Shown here one piece after another: positions 33,411-50,407 of a stretch of 64,000 bases of DNA. Under the pieces are notes generated by a model, which worked only from the letters and a program-made list of their open reading frames with translations, made no database searches and was not told the origin of the DNA. Made by a program: the position numbers and the translations under genes. The DNA is from the human T2T-CHM13v2.0 reference genome, Homo sapiens, in assembly GCF_009914755.1 (NCBI RefSeq), contig NC_060931.1, one strand, 5' to 3'. Numbering within the stretch: the first letter of the stretch is position 1; every line of letters begins with the position of its first letter.

Positions 33411-35111
33411 CAAGCATGACCATATGCCAAGCACTGATTCGAGCATTTTTACATAAATTAATTAATTGAATTCTTGAAAGAGACCATAAGGCAAGTGATA
33501 TGATTATCATTTCCATTTCACAGAAGTTGAAGCACAGAAAGGTTGACTATTTTGCCCAAGATCTCACATCTGGGTAGATGGCAGAACCAGGATTTGAACC
33601 CAGGCAGCATGGCCCAGCACCTGCTCTCTTAACCACTACAATCCACCTTCCTCCAGGAGCTCATTGTCCAGCCTGGATAAATTGATGAGGCGCCGCCATC
33701 CTGCCTGACTCCCTGGGTTTATCATCCAGCACCTTGGCTCTGACTGTGGCTCAGCTGTATTCATAGGGCTTCTGCCCTGCCCTAAGAGCTGGTCCCTAAC
33801 AGGTCCCAATTCTGGTATCTTCATCCCTGTTTTACTGTTCAGTAAAAAGAGTCCTAAGGCTCTGTCTTGGCCCCCCTACCTTGTATCCCTGTCCCCAGAG
33901 CTGAGTCCTGCCAGAGCTCTCTCCAGAAATGAGAAGGCTTTTAGTTGTGCCACAGGCTGAGAGACCTCCAGATGCTGACCATCTGGATATCTGGGCAGAG
34001 CCTGTTCCTGGAGTCTCATGCCAAGCTCAGTCTGCTCATCCCTTGGAACACGGCTGGCAGCTAGATAACTGCCTACAAAATTAGCCTGTCCACAAGCCCC
34101 TACCAGTTCACCTTACCAGTTACTAGTCTACAGTTCACTACCCGTTCCTAAGTCATTTTCAGTGTGCGAGCACTTCCCATACTTCTCCTTATGGAGCCCT
34201 TTGAAGGAGGTACTATCAAAACCACTTTACAAATTTGAATTTGAAAAATTTAGAAACGTTCCAAAGGTCAGAGTGGAAATGGGAACCAGTCCACGCGACT
34301 CCGACACCCGTGTCGTCTCCCCTACTCCTTGCTCACTGTCGCCAGGCAGACCTCTCCCACCCTGTGGACCTCTCTGCTTCCTCCTCATGTATCTGAAAGA
34401 CAACAGGGGGTAGAAAAGTCTGAAACACATCTCCCCAATTGAGCGTTACATTCAAATACATACACACACACACATACAGTCAAGAGGCAACGCCTCAGCC
34501 AGCAGATGTTTCTGTTCAAAATTAACATTAGGGCATCTCAGGACTATTCATTTAATAATAACAATCAAGTTATTATCTTTGACACTAATTGCAGAAATTT
34601 GAACAGATAATCACGCTCAAAACATGAACTTCTCTTATGCTTACTAAAAATCATAAGAGACTTGCCTGTGACTGAGGTCTGAGTCATTACATGCACTGTA
34701 CGAGTTCTCAGCCATAAGTAACAATCACAAGACTATCAACAAGCATTAATTGAACACCTGCTGTATACAAGGTAGAAAAGCCCAGTGATAGAGCCCTGAA
34801 CTGACTACTCAAAGGCTGAGGTTTGAGTCCAAGCTCTGCTATTTAATTGCTGTGTGACTTTGGGTAAGTCACTCTGTTTCTCTGAGCCTTGTTGAGAAGA
34901 AAGAATGGCACTAGCTGGCCACTAATGAGGTCTCTTCTAGATCTGGCATTCTGTAGAGAAGCAAAAAGACTTCAGATCTCACACAGCAGGAACCAAGGGA
35001 AAGTCCCTTTGGGGATTCTGCTGTCAATGGAAAAGACCAGGAAAGACTGTTCTATGTTAGAGACAGTTGCCTTTTGAATGTGAAATGCCTGATATAATAA
35101 TTATCAGAATG

Positions 35112-35180
35112 CTGGATGGATGGATGGATGGATGCATGGATGGATGGAAGGATGGATGGGTGGTTGGATGGATGGATGGA
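35112..35180. repeat. (GGAT)n tetranucleotide repeat
   Basis: Direct inspection. Confidence 0.9.
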
Positions 35181-35599
35181 CTGATTCACCCATTCATTCA
35201 GTCAGGACAGAAATGACCAACCTGACTTTTACTCAGTTTCTGACACTGGAAAGGGTCCAAGCTTTGGAGTCAGCCACTCCTGGGTTGACCCCTTTGGAGT
35301 CCGCTCCAACTCTTACAATCAGTGAAAGCCTTGGCAAGTTGCTTAACTTCTCCAAACCTCAGTTTCTGCGTCTTTGAAATTATGAAATGAGGAAATAGTT
35401 CCCATTGCCTTCATTCCCCAGTCTCCAAAAGACTCAGAATAGATCTGTTTGAACACAATCAGATCAAAGGAAGTAAAGGTTTATTTGTTACTCACCCATC
35501 TGAGAAGCTTGTACACACACAGGACTGCTCAGAAGCCAAAAAGAGCCCTCTCATTCACCAAATATTTCCTTTATCTCCCATATTCACCATCTATACAGT

Positions 35600-36790
35600 T
35601 GGAGCTCACCAGGTATTTAACAAGCTTGTACTGAGTGTCATTTTGTGGCAAGATAATGCTAGGTTTTAAAGATTCACAGGTAAATAAATAAACATGGTTT
35701 CAGTCCACACAAAGATTCTAGTCTAGATGGGGAGATGGATATGAAAATAACACCTATAATCCAGGATGTTCTCAGCAGCTTACATCCCAGCCTGAAGCAG
35801 ACAGGTATTGCATAAATATATTTTGAGAAAGTAAACATCATCATAATAATAAATGAAGTAATTTGCAAGATAAGGGAAGTATAGGGTACCATGGGAACAC
35901 ATGGAAGGAAAACCTAAATCAGATATGTACGGTGACAGATTTCCTTTAGAAAGAAATGTCTCAGAGAAAGAATATGCCAGGCAGAAAGAAAATCATGTGA
36001 AAGGCCTTGGGTAAGACACAGAGTTCAGTCTGTGAGAGAACTGAGAGCAGTTCATTGCTGAGAAGTCAGATGCAAGGAGTGGAGAGACAACCTGCATGGG
36101 TACACAGGGACTAGAGCTTAAAGGGCTACATGGGGTACTTTAAGGAGGGTAAATTTTCCCAAGGGCAGTAAAGAACCATAAAGATTTTTAAAAAGAAGAG
36201 ATATAATTAGATATTTATTTTAGAATTATGCTTCTTAAACTTTAATGCACTCAGGCATTACTTAGGGATTTTGTTTAATGCAAATTCAGATTCAATAGAT
36301 CTGAGACCCATGAAAATGGGATTCTGCATTTTTAATGAGTTCCCACATGATGCCAATGGTGCTGGTACATGAACCACACTTTGAGTACTGAGATTTTAAA
36401 GTAGTCACCCTAGCTAGTTTGGGGAATAAATTGGAAGGGAGAAGAACCAAGGAGGCGGGGATACTAGTTGGATAAGTGATGATGAGGAAGTGGCAAATGG
36501 AACAGAAATAAATAAGCAGAGTTGGGATATTATAAGACTTTTGTGGGGATGAAAAGGCAGGGATGATGCTTCAATTCCTGGCTTCGGCATCTGAGTGAAC
36601 GAAGGTGGCATTCATCAAGATGGGGCAGAGAAGGAGAAGCCAAGTTTGAGAGAGAAGATGAATTCACCTTTGTACTTGCTGCATTTTTGAGGCTCCTCTG
36701 AAATTCTAAGTGGAGACACTAAGTACACAGTTGAATATATAGATCTGAGTTTCAGAAGAGAGTTCTATATTAGAGACATATCTGGGAGCC
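35600..36790 (-). mobile_element. L2 fragment containing a MER5 element (~36225-36392)
   Basis: Antisense L2 motifs; MER5 ttctgcatttttaatgagttccca...accacactttgag. Confidence 0.6.
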
Positions 36791-37554
36791 TTAGGCAGGA
36801 AGGTTTTTCATTTTTCCTTCTCCATTATGCCAAAGAGGCTAAAGCTGCAATTTTATTCTTTCTGGCAGCCTTTGAAATACTTCCAATATTTCAAAGGCTG
36901 AAATATGGGACAGGGATCAGGGTGTTCCTTGGCACTCCACTTCTTGAGTCTGTCCATTACCCTCCCAAGGTCCCTCACAAGCAAGCATGATTGGGACCTG
37001 CTGGGGAGAAGAGAGCTCTCTCACAGAAGCTGGTAGGAAGCCCATCCTGGGTTTTTGTTCCGCTGAAATCCAAACCCAGTCTCCTTTACAGAGCATTTGA
37101 GGAAAGAAAACAAGAGGACATTATGGAAAGTGCCTGGAACAATGTCTGGCAGAGAGTGGAGGGAGAGAGCTAGATTATAGTCATGTGTGGTACCATGTCC
37201 AGGGGAACCAGAGAGAATTTGGCAAGACTTAAACCCCAGGGAGTCAGATAAGCCCCATGCTGGAGCGAGTATGGGAAATAAGTAATACAGATGGGAACTG
37301 GCCTTGTTCACCAGGCTAATTATAGAAATAGAGGCACAAGGTTAGCAGAACCAGGCATGAGGTTGCTGCTTGCTGATACAACAAGCTACTGGTCTGGGCT
37401 CCTTGAAACCCCAAGAACAGGACTGGGACCTGTCCCAGAGACTACGATGGCCAAGCAGCTCTGGTTGTGAGATTGAAAGGGCCTGTTTCACACTTTCATG
37501 CCCTTACTGACTCAGCTCCTTCCACTCTTTCCTTTGTCCCTCCACCTTTTTCTT

Positions 37555-38330
37555 TCTTTTTTTTTTTTTTTCCAGAAACAAAAATGTATATATTTACAAA
37601 TTGTAAATGTCACAACTACAGGCAAGCATCTTGAGGGTTTTACACTATTTTTAATTTTTTTTATTATTGCCAAAGAAAAATATATGCACTATAGGGCAAT
37701 CAGAACCTACAGATTTGCAAAAGAAAGAAAATAAAAACCATGCATATTTTCATCACTTAGTTAATAATTTGGAGTATATCCTTCCTGACCTTTTGCTATG
37801 CCTATTTAATTAAAAAATGGAATGATGTGATTTCTATAGCCTGGTTCTCCTCACTCAAAAACATATCATGGTTATGTCTGTGTTGTTACTTACATTTCTA
37901 CAATATCATTCTTAACAGTTGCATAATATTTCCTTGTATTAAAGTATTACCATTTTCCACCAAGTGATTCCCCTATTGTTGGACATGGAGATTGCTTTTA
38001 ATTTATTGTTTTGGATAAATTTGTTGCTTTGGTCAACATTCTTGCATCCACATTTTTTCCTACACCCTACATTATTTCCTTAGGATAAATTCCTCAGAGG
38101 CATGTTTGCTAGCCCAAAAGGCACACGGGTCTTGCTGTGTTGCCCAGGCTGGTCTTGAACTCCTCCTGGTCTCAAGTGATCTTCTCGCCTCAGCCTCCCA
38201 AAGCACTGCTGTTACAGTCATGAACCACCAAGCCCAACCAGGCACACACAGGCTTTGGAAGAACATTGTGCCAAATAGCCGTCAAAGAGGTTGATTCGAT
38301 TTGCCCTCTTACTGCAGTGTCTAAGAGGAC
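37555..38330 (-). mobile_element. Old L1ME fragment with Alu monomer (~38124-38240)
   Basis: ccctattgttggacat...tatttccttaggataaattcct motifs. Confidence 0.6.
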
Positions 38331-38333
38331 TCA

Positions 38334-39309
38334 TTTTTTTATTTTTATTTTTTTTTTTATTGATCATTCTTGGGTGTTTCTCGCAGAGGGGGATTTGGCA
38401 GGGTCATAGGACAATAGTGGAGGGAAGGTCAGCAGATAAACAAGTGAACAAAGGTCTCTGGTTTTCCTAGGCAGAGGACCCTGCGGCCTTCCGCAGTGTT
38501 TGTGTCCCTGGGTACTTAAGATTAGGGAGTGGTGATGACTCTTAACGAGCATGCTGCCTTCAATCATCTGTTTAACAAAGCACATCTTGCACCGCCCTTA
38601 ATCCATTTAAACCTGAGTGGACACAGCACATGTTTCAGAGAGCACAGGGTTGGGGATAAGGTCACAGATCAACAGGATCCCAAGGCAGAAGAATTTTTCT
38701 TAGTACAGAACAAAATGAAAAGTCTCCATGTCTACTTCTATCCACACAGACCCGGCAACCATCCGATTTCTCAATTTTTTCCCCACCCTTCCCGCCTTTC
38801 TATTCCACAAAACCGCCATTGTCATCATGGCCCATCCCCAATGAGCCGCTGGGCACACCTCCCAGACGGGGTCCTGGCCGGGCAGAGGGGCTCCTCACTT
38901 CCCAGTAGGGGCGGCCGGGCAGAAGCGCCCCTCACCTCCTGGATAGGGCGGCTGGCCGGGCGGGGGGCTGACCCCCCCCACCTCCCTCCCGGACGGGGCG
39001 GCTGGCCGGGCAGAGGGGTCCTCACTTCCCAGTAGGGGCGGCCGGGCAGAGGCGCCCCTCACCTCCCGGATGGGGCGGCTGGCCAGGCGGGGGGCTGACC
39101 CCCCCCACCTCCCTCCCGGACGGGGCGGCTGGCCGGGCGGGGGGCTGACCCCCCCCACCTCCCTCCCGGACGGGGCGGCTGGCCGGGCAGAGGGGCTCCT
39201 CACTTCCCAGTAGGGGCGGCCGGGCAGAGGCGCCCCTCACCTCCCGGACGGGGCAGCTGGCCGGGCGGGGGGCTGACCCCCACCACCTCCCTCCAGGACG
39301 GGGCGGCTG
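38334..39309 (-). mobile_element. SVA, 5'-truncated (poly(A), SINE-R, part of VNTR); SVA_E-like
   Basis: tattgatcattcttgggtgtttctcgcagagggg SINE-R end; GC-rich VNTR ~38860-39309; no Alu-like or CCCTCT head. Subfamily is a recollection of tacttaagatt / ctatccacacagacccgg variants. Confidence 0.93.
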
Positions 39310-39897
39310 AGGACACCTTTTTCTTTCAAAAGGCAGCTCCAGTCAGCTCTTCCAAAGCTTTCCTGGCCTCTACACTTATGCCTTTGTGTCCCCATTTACC
39401 CTGTATAAATGACCATCGTATATTAATGTAGTATGTAACAGTTTAATGTTACCTCCTTCAATAGATTGTAAGTTCTTCATGGCTATTGTGCTGGAGAAAT
39501 ATCAAAATCACACCGATGTAATAGCCAGACTATTTTTCTGAATTAATACATTGACTTTTATTTTCAGCAATATGACAGATTTGGTTGTCAAAGAAAAAAA
39601 GATTGGTACAGAACACCTAAAATGCTAGTAAGATATTTTTAAAATCTCTTCTCACTTACATAGCTGAGCTGGCATGAGAATAAAAGAAATGATCAGAGGT
39701 CAGGAACAAGGAGAAACCATAAATCAAGAGAGATGAGCAAGTACTGAAACTGCCATCTTCTCTGGAGTCATCTGTCAATCCCTAGAAGTTTAGGGACTGA
39801 TTTTTATGGACCACATGAACATGGAAGAACAAGAAATAAAGCCTAGAGCCAGAACGGGGTAGAAGGCTGGATTAGAGGACCTCCAAAAAACCAACAT

Positions 39898-40092
39898 ACC
39901 AGGCTGAGCAACACAGCGAGACCCTGTCTCTAAAAATACTTTTAAAAATTAGCCGAGCATGGGGGTGCACATCTGTAGTCCCAGATGCTAGAAAGGATGA
40001 GGCAGGAGAATCACGAGCCCAGGAGGACAAGGCTGCAGTGAGCCATGATTGCACCGCTGCAACTCCAGCCTGTGAGAAAGAATGGGTCCCAT

Positions 40093-40122
<30 letters not shown>
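39898..40122 (+). mobile_element. 5'-truncated AluJ
   Basis: End of left arm, right arm, long A tail. Confidence 0.85.
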
Positions 40123-40123
<1 letters not shown>

Positions 40124-40572
40124 TTAAGACAAAAAATCTATTGTCAGTGTATACAGTGTATATTTTTTAACCTTCCCTACAGTGTGAGCAAACAGTACAA
40201 ACAGTAGAGATTTTGGCCTTGAATCTGGGTAGAATAGGACCCAAAAGGGGAGGGGGAAACTGTCTAGAGAATTCTTAATCACAAGCCTTTACTCATGTGA
40301 ATTTGGAGTTGGAATTTATGCTACCCATAGGGACAGAAAACTCTGAAGTCAAAAATTTCATTGAAAGTGATGCCAGGTTGACTAGTAAATCCTAACCAGA
40401 ATGAACCAAAAGAAAATCACAGCTAAATGCATTGTATTCAAACTGCAAAATGTCAAATTATATTGAGTTGATTGCCATCAAATTATACTGATGTAAATAT
40501 TTTAAGGAAAATATATAATCAGCTAGATGAAAGGCAGGTTATCTACAGTGGAACAACCTTTAAACTGATAGC

Positions 40573-40938
<366 letters not shown>

Positions 40939-41727
40939 TGACTTGTTATGTAACAAGGAAAGTTGAAAATGATGACACTTCATGGGATGCACCAAGTTCA
41001 AGTCAATCCAGGCCAATCCAGGTGGGTTGCATACTCACAGACCTGGGACCTGGCCGCTTCATGTGGCATAAATTGTTATGAAGAAATCTGAATTTTGTCT
41101 GTAAGTAACCTACAGGCAGAATGATACTAATAATAGCATCTGTTAAGTAATGACGACTTATCAGGCATTTAAAACATATTTTCATTAATCTTCAAGACTA
41201 TCTCAAAAAATGGGTATTATCATATCTCCAATTTTAGGGATGCACAAATCAAGCCTCAAAATTTTTGAAAAACTTGTCTAAATTCCAGGTCTCCCCAGTG
41301 AATCAGGATTCCCATTCAATTCCAACTGACACAAAGTTTCTCTTAGCATCCTTCATCCTCATGTCTTCTCTCTCTGAGCCTAAGGAATTGGTCTATATTG
41401 AAACAGGGAAATAAAACCAAGTGATAACTCAAATCCACAGGAAGTAATGAGGAGTACCAGAGACTGCAAATATGTAAGTTAACATAAAATATTCTATAAA
41501 TATATTTTTCCCCTTTTTTCTGTTAAGTTCTATAAAAGACATAAAAAGCAACAATTATAATATCATATTGTTGGGATTAAAACATATATAGGCTATACAC
41601 ACATATACAGAATAATAAAAAGTAGAGGGCAGGGAATGGAGCTATATTTGAGAAAATTTCTATATTAAATTAATATTAATATCAAGTAGATTGTGATAAA
41701 TTAAGATGCATATTGTACTCCCTAAAG

Positions 41728-41939
41728 CAGTGATTCTCAACTGGGAATGATTTTTCTTCCAAGAGGACATTTTACAATGTCTGGAGACATTTACGGTTGT
41801 CACAACCTGGGGGCGCTACTGGCATCTGTGGGAAGAAGCCAGGAATGCTACTAAACACTCTACAATGCATAGGACAGCTTCCAACAGCAAAGAATGATCT
41901 GGCCAAATATGTCAGTAGTGCAAAGGCAGAAGAATCCTG
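41728..41939 (+). mobile_element. MER20
   Basis: cagtgattctcaactggg...aatgtctggagacatt...gaagaatcctg. Confidence 0.82.
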
Positions 41940-41973
41940 CTCTAGAGTGATCATTGAAAAAAAAAAAAAACTT

Positions 41974-42330
<357 letters not shown>

Positions 42331-44177
42331 TCAAAATTATCTCTTTAATAGGAAATAAGACAATAAAAGAGGAACATAAGAACAAAAAAGACACCAGCAA
42401 TTTAGAAAACAAATAGCAAAAATGGCAGACACAAATCCAACCCTATCAATAATAACATTAAATATGAATACATTAGATACTCTAATCAAAAGGCAGAAAT
42501 TGTCAGACTGCATTTAAAATTTTTAACTATATACAGTCTACAAGAGGCACACTTTAGATTCAAAGAGACAAATAAACTAAAAAGTTTAAAAATGGAAAAA
42601 GATATTCCATGCAAACAATAATCCTAAGAGAGCTGAAGTGGCTCATTAAGGATCAAAAATATTACCAGAGCAAAAAAAAGCATTATATGAAAAGGTCAAT
42701 TAATCAAGAAGATATAGCAATTCTATACATACCTAACAACAAAGCCCCAATACACATGAAGCAAAAATTGACAGAATTAAAGGGAGAAACAGACAACTCA
42801 ACAGTAGTAGTTGATACATTCAACATCCACTCTCAATAATGAATAAACAGCTAGACAGAAAAGTCAGCAAGAGTATAGAGAATTCAAACACCATCATCAA
42901 ACAATTTAAGACATCTACAGAACATTCTATTGAACAACAACTAAGTACACATCATTTTCAAGTGCACAGAGAACATTCTCTAAGGCAGACTACATGCTAG
43001 GGCATAAAAAAATCATACTAAATTTTAAAAGGTTGAAAGTATGCAAAGTATGCTCTGTGACCACCATGGTATTCTATAAGAAATCAATAATAGGAAATCT
43101 GAAATCCACAAATATTTAGAAATTAAACAACACGCTTCTAAACAAAAAATGAGCCAAAGAAGAAATTACAGGGAAAGTAAGAAAATATTTTGAGCTGAAT
43201 GAAAATGAAAGCATACTATATCAAAATTTGGAGGATAAAGACAAAGCAATGCTTAGAGGAAAATGTATAGCTTTAAATGCATATATTAGAAAAAAGGAAA
43301 GGTCTCAAGTCAATAACCTAAGCTGCTACCTTAAGAAACTAGAAAGAGCAGGCAAAACAAGCAGGAGGAAGGAAATAATGAAGATTAGAGCGAAATATCC
43401 ATGAAATAGAAGATAGAAAAGCAATAAAGAAAAATTGATTTTTAAAAAGTTGGTTCTTTGAGAAGATCAACAAAATTAGCAAAATTTAGTTAAACTATAC
43501 AAAAAAAAGAAGACAAGACTCAGATTACAGAAATCAGGAATGAAAGGGAGAATATCACTACCATCCTTACAGAAAGATTATAAAGAAAATACTATAAAGA
43601 ACTTTATGACAACAAATCAGATAACTTAGACGAAATGAAGAAATTCTTACAAAAACATGTTAGAAAATCTGACTAAACCTATAAGTAATAAATTGAATTC
43701 ATAGTAGAGATCTTCCCAGAATAGAAAGCCCAGGCCTAGGTTGCTTCGCTGGTAAATTTTACGTAACATTTATAGGAAAAATAATACCAATTCTTCACAT
43801 AATTCTTCCAGAAAACAGAATATGGGAAGAGGGGATATTCCCAACTCATTCTATGAGGTCAGTTTTATCCTGATATCAAAGCCAAAGATATCACAAGAAA
43901 AGAAAACTACACCAATATCCCTCATGAATAGAGACACAAAAATCCCCAACAAAATACTAGCAAATGGAATCTAGTAACATATAAAAACAATTATGCCTTA
44001 CAACCCAGTGAGATTTATCCTAGGAATGCAAGATTAGTTTCACATGTGAAAAATCAATTAATGTAGTATGCTATATTAATAGAATTAAGGACAAAAGCCA
44101 CATGATCATCTCAATCAATGCAGAAAAAGCATTTGACCAAATCTAATATCCATTCTGATTAAAAAGCACATATATAT

Positions 44178-44501
<324 letters not shown>

Positions 44502-45737
44502 CTAAGAATAAAAGAAAATTTCCTCACCTTGCTGAAGATCATCTAGGAAAAACTTACAGCTGAACTCATACAAATAATGAAAGATTTCCCCCCTAAAATC
44601 AGGAACAAGGCAAGGATATCCACTCTCATCACTTCCATTCAATGTTGTCATGGAATTTCTAGTCTGTACAATTAGGCAACAAAAACAAATAAAAGCATTC
44701 AAGATTGGAAAGGAAAAAGTAAAGCTGTCTTCCTTCACAGACAACATAATCCTGTGTTTAGAAATTCCTCAGGAATCCATTAAAAACTACTAGAACTAAT
44801 AAAAAGTTTACCTTGTTTACAGATTTCTTCTTCTCCTTCTAACCTATTATATTTAAGTTTCCAGAGACCTACAGAAAAGCCTGAAGTCTATCATTTAATT
44901 ATTTTTATATTTAAGTTAATCTATAAGGCTATGACTTAAAGGAATACTATTAGTCCTTAATTCAATTGTTAATTATTGTCATTTTCCTAGGATGGATCAG
45001 TCATCCTATTCAGTGGTTATTTCCTGAGTAATTCCAGAAAATATGCTGCCTTCAATTCTAGGAGCCTAAAATAGCTGGCATTTTTAGAAAGCATAGACCT
45101 AGACTTTATATAGTTTATTTATATTTTTCTAACTCCAGGTTACATTCACAATACATTTAATTTAAAAATATATCCTTATGCCACTTGAATTTGGAGGCCT
45201 CTTCAGATTTCCTGCCAAATATCTCACCTGAATTTTTTCCAACACTAAAGTCACATATTTTGTCTTATTTTGTCTTTTGCCAGGAACATCAACACTCATC
45301 TCCATTTTATATCTACCCTTAACCATGTTTTATGAGCTATTTTCCCAGTGCCACAAACAGTTCAACATTTGTGGGAAATGTATACCCTTCATGCTTTTTT
45401 AAGATTGATAAAAGAAAAAATACAGGTTACTAGTGACTCAGAAGTGATATCATACAGATCAGTCATTGTACAAAGCTGTTGTGGACAAGTTAACTGTTGA
45501 GAAATAGGCACACATAAAGCTTCCGAGTTATCTGCCTCTACATAGAGACCCCTGAGGCTTAGGTGCATGGTCTGCTAGTTGTGGGAAACTATGAAATGTC
45601 TCTCTGATTAAATGTTTCTTCAAACAATACAGGATTATCTGGAAAGAATGAAATAGGGAAAACAGTCAAAAGAGTTTTTTTAAAAAGGAGGCTGAAGCAA
45701 AGGTGTAACAGGGATGTCCAATTATTTGAAGGACTGC

Positions 45738-46495
45738 TGATATGGTTTAGATATTTGCCCCCTCCAAATCTCAGGTTGAAATCTCAGGTTGATCCTCATT
45801 TTGGAAGTGGGGCCTACTAGAAGGTGTTTGGGTGATGGGGGAGGATCCCTCATTAATGGCTGGGTGCCATTCTCACAGGATTAAGTGAGTTCTCACTCTT
45901 AGTTCCTGTGAGACCTGGTTATTAAAAAGAGTCTGGGTTGGGCACATTGACTCATGCCTGTAATCTCAGCACTTTGGGAGGCTGATGCAGGAGGCTCACT
46001 TGAGACCAGGAGTTCAAGACCAGCCTGGACAACATGGTGAAATCCCAACTCTACAAAAAATACAAATATTAGCCAGGTGTGGTGGTGTGCACCTATAGTG
46101 CCAGCTAATCAGGAGGTTGAGGTGGAGGTGGAAGGATAGCTTGAGCCCAGGAGGCTAAGACTGCAGTGAACCATGATCATGCCACTGCACTCCAGCCTGG
46201 GTGACAGAGCGAGACCCTGTCTGAAAAAAATATCTAAATAAATAAAAGAGTCTGGAACCTTCCTCCCTTTTCTCTCTCTCTCTTCCTCTCTCACCTCCTC
46301 TCTCACCGTGTGACATGCTGGCTCCTCCTTGGCCTTCTGTCATGATTGGAAGCTTTCTGAGTTCCTCTCCAGAAGCAGATCTGGTGCCATGCTTCTTGTA
46401 CAGCCTGCAGAGTTGTGAGCCAGATAAACCTCTTTCTCTATAAATTACCCAGCCTCAGGTATTCCTTTAGAGCAACGGCAAAATGAATTGAGACA
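45738..46495 (+). mobile_element. MST (MSTB-like) MaLR solo LTR with Alu insert
   Basis: tgatatggtttag...gagaca ends; perfect 5-bp TSD ACTGC. Confidence 0.88.
45936..46245 (+). mobile_element. AluJ inside the MST LTR
   Basis: TSD aaaagagtctg. Confidence 0.9.
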
Positions 46496-47607
46496 ACTGC
46501 GATATGGAAAAGGTGAGAAATCTGGCCTATAATCATTCATTTATTCAATAACTATTTGAGCACATGCTATGTGCCAAGAACTGTACTCAATGCTAGTAAT
46601 ACAAAGATGGGGAGAAACAAACATCAAGGAGGAAAAGACATGTAAAACACATACCTCACAATGTCATAAGTGCAGCAGTCAAAACAGGTACAGGGGGAAG
46701 TGTGCTTTGGGAGGTCAGGGAAGGCTTCCTGGAGGAGGTGACTCTTCAACTGAGTTTACAGAGAAAAGTAAAAGATTTCCAGAAAGATGAGGGGGGCAAG
46801 AAACTACAGATAGAGGCATCAGCAGAGGCACAAAGGCATAAAAAGGGATATGGGTGAGGAAATAATGTGATTCCATATTGCTAGGATAGAAGGTGGTGAG
46901 GTGGGGGGTAGTGGTAGAGGAGGTGGACAGGTGCGCAGAAGCCAGTGAGGATGGGCTTAGACTGTTGATCTTCATCCTATCAGCAAGCTGGGAAGTGAAC
47001 TTACAGTTTTTATCTGTTATTCCAATGACCTAAACTAAAACCTGGGGTAAGGCTATAAATTACAGAGAAAAAACTACTGGGTCAGTACAAGAAGAAACAT
47101 TTTAGTTAGCTACAGCTACAAAGCTAAGAAGTTGTTTTACAGACTCTTGATCTTCACGAGTAGCAGACAGAGATATTTGTTAGAGATATAATAAAATTTG
47201 TTAGAGATATAATAAAAAGCATTCTCAGGAAAACCTTTATGAGGAAAACTTTAAAACACTCCTGATTGAACAATTCTAAAAAAATATATTTTACTTTCTT
47301 TACTTTTTCTTCTTGCCTTCAAATTTAATTTACAGGAAAAACATATTTTCTTTTTGGATAGACAACATAGTATTATATCTTAAAAACTCAGTAGTCCCTA
47401 AATTAATTTAAAAGTGAACGCAATCACAATAAAAATATCAACAAGCTTTTTTAAAATAATGGAGCTAGATAAGTTGATACTAAAGTTTATATGGCAAAAG
47501 AATCATAAAATAGCTGGAAAACCCAAAAGAGAAAAGCTATGAGGGTGGACTAGCCCCAGCAGAGAGTAAAACATACTATTAAGCTTCCATAATTAAAATG
47601 GATATGT

Positions 47608-48058
<451 letters not shown>

Positions 48059-49144
48059 TCACTGTAGAATACAGACAGATACATGGGTTTCACTGTAAAA
48101 TTCTTTCAACTTTGTGTATGTTTGTTATAGTAAAATGTTTTTTTTAAACTGGTGCCAAAAAAATAAAAACAACGTGAAACCAGCATAAGAATAAATCACA
48201 GGGAAATGTAATGAACAAACTGCAAAAACAGTCCAAAGTACACATGGAAATCTAATATTTGATACAGGTGGTATCTCAAATCATTTAGAGAAGAGATGAA
48301 CATTTTATCAAATGACTTAAGGACAACTTCATAACCATTTGGAAAAAGATTGATTTAGATGCATATCTCACACCATAAACAAGGAAAAACTTAAAAAGGA
48401 TCAGAGACCTAAAATTAAAAAACGAAACCAAATACTACATGAAAACATGGGTGAATTTCTCTACAAACTCCAGGTAGGGAAAAGCTTCCTAACTATGACT
48501 CAAAATCCAGATGCAATAAAGGAAAAGGTCTATAAATTTTACTATACTGAAATATACTTTCATGTGACAAAAAATATCATAACCAAAGCCGAAAAAGAAA
48601 ATGTTCATAACATATAACAGATAAAGGGCCAATATCCTAATATATTTTTAACTCTTAAAAATTGAGAGGGACTAATGCCAGAAACCCAGAAAAAAATAAG
48701 TAAAAGACATGAACAGAAAACTTAAACAAAAATATATTAAACTTCATCCATAATTTTTTGATGCAAACTATAACTACCCCGAGATACCATTTCTCACATA
48801 TCAGATTGACGGAAATTTAGAAGCTTGACAACATATTGTCAAGGCTGGAGGCAAATACAAGTTCTTATTCATTGCTAGTGGGAATGCAAACTGGTTCAGC
48901 TCTTGTAGAGGAGAATTTGGCAAATTTTTAAAAATTACATGTGCATTTGCCTAGCAATCTCATTTCTAGACCTTTAACTTGATGATACACCTCCAAACTA
49001 TATGAAAATACATATATACAAGGTTATACATTGCAACTTTATTTGTAATTGCAATATATTGGAAACAATCTAAATGCCTATAGGAGAGAACATGGTTGAA
49101 TAAATTATGGAACATCTGCAACTGTTTAAGAAAAAAAAGTGAGG

Positions 49145-49739
<595 letters not shown>

Positions 49740-49773
49740 GTGAGGAAGATCTGTATGAACTGATACGGGATGA

Positions 49774-50106
<333 letters not shown>

Positions 50107-50407
50107 TGATCCTAGCTGAGGGACAGCCAGCTAATGGTGACCCTACAGGAAGGGAACTTGGGGGAATAAATGACCTGATATTACTCTCCTTCCATCCTCC
50201 ATTCTTCGGCACATTCTCATTGGCACAACCCAAACAGAAGACAGAAAGTAAGAGCAGACCATAAAGGTCAGCCTCCCAGATTAGGTAAGGGTGGAAAGTG
50301 GGTTTGGAGGATTAAACAGATCACCAGCACATAGGGTAACTTTTCCTCTTGCTAGACATTTAGTTTGCATCTGATTCTTCACTATTACAAATAGTGAACA
50401 CCCTTAC

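Noticed and set aside
38529-39240. Pro/Gly/Arg-rich ORFs and an apparent CpG-island promoter
   Set aside because: Translations of SVA SINE-R/VNTR
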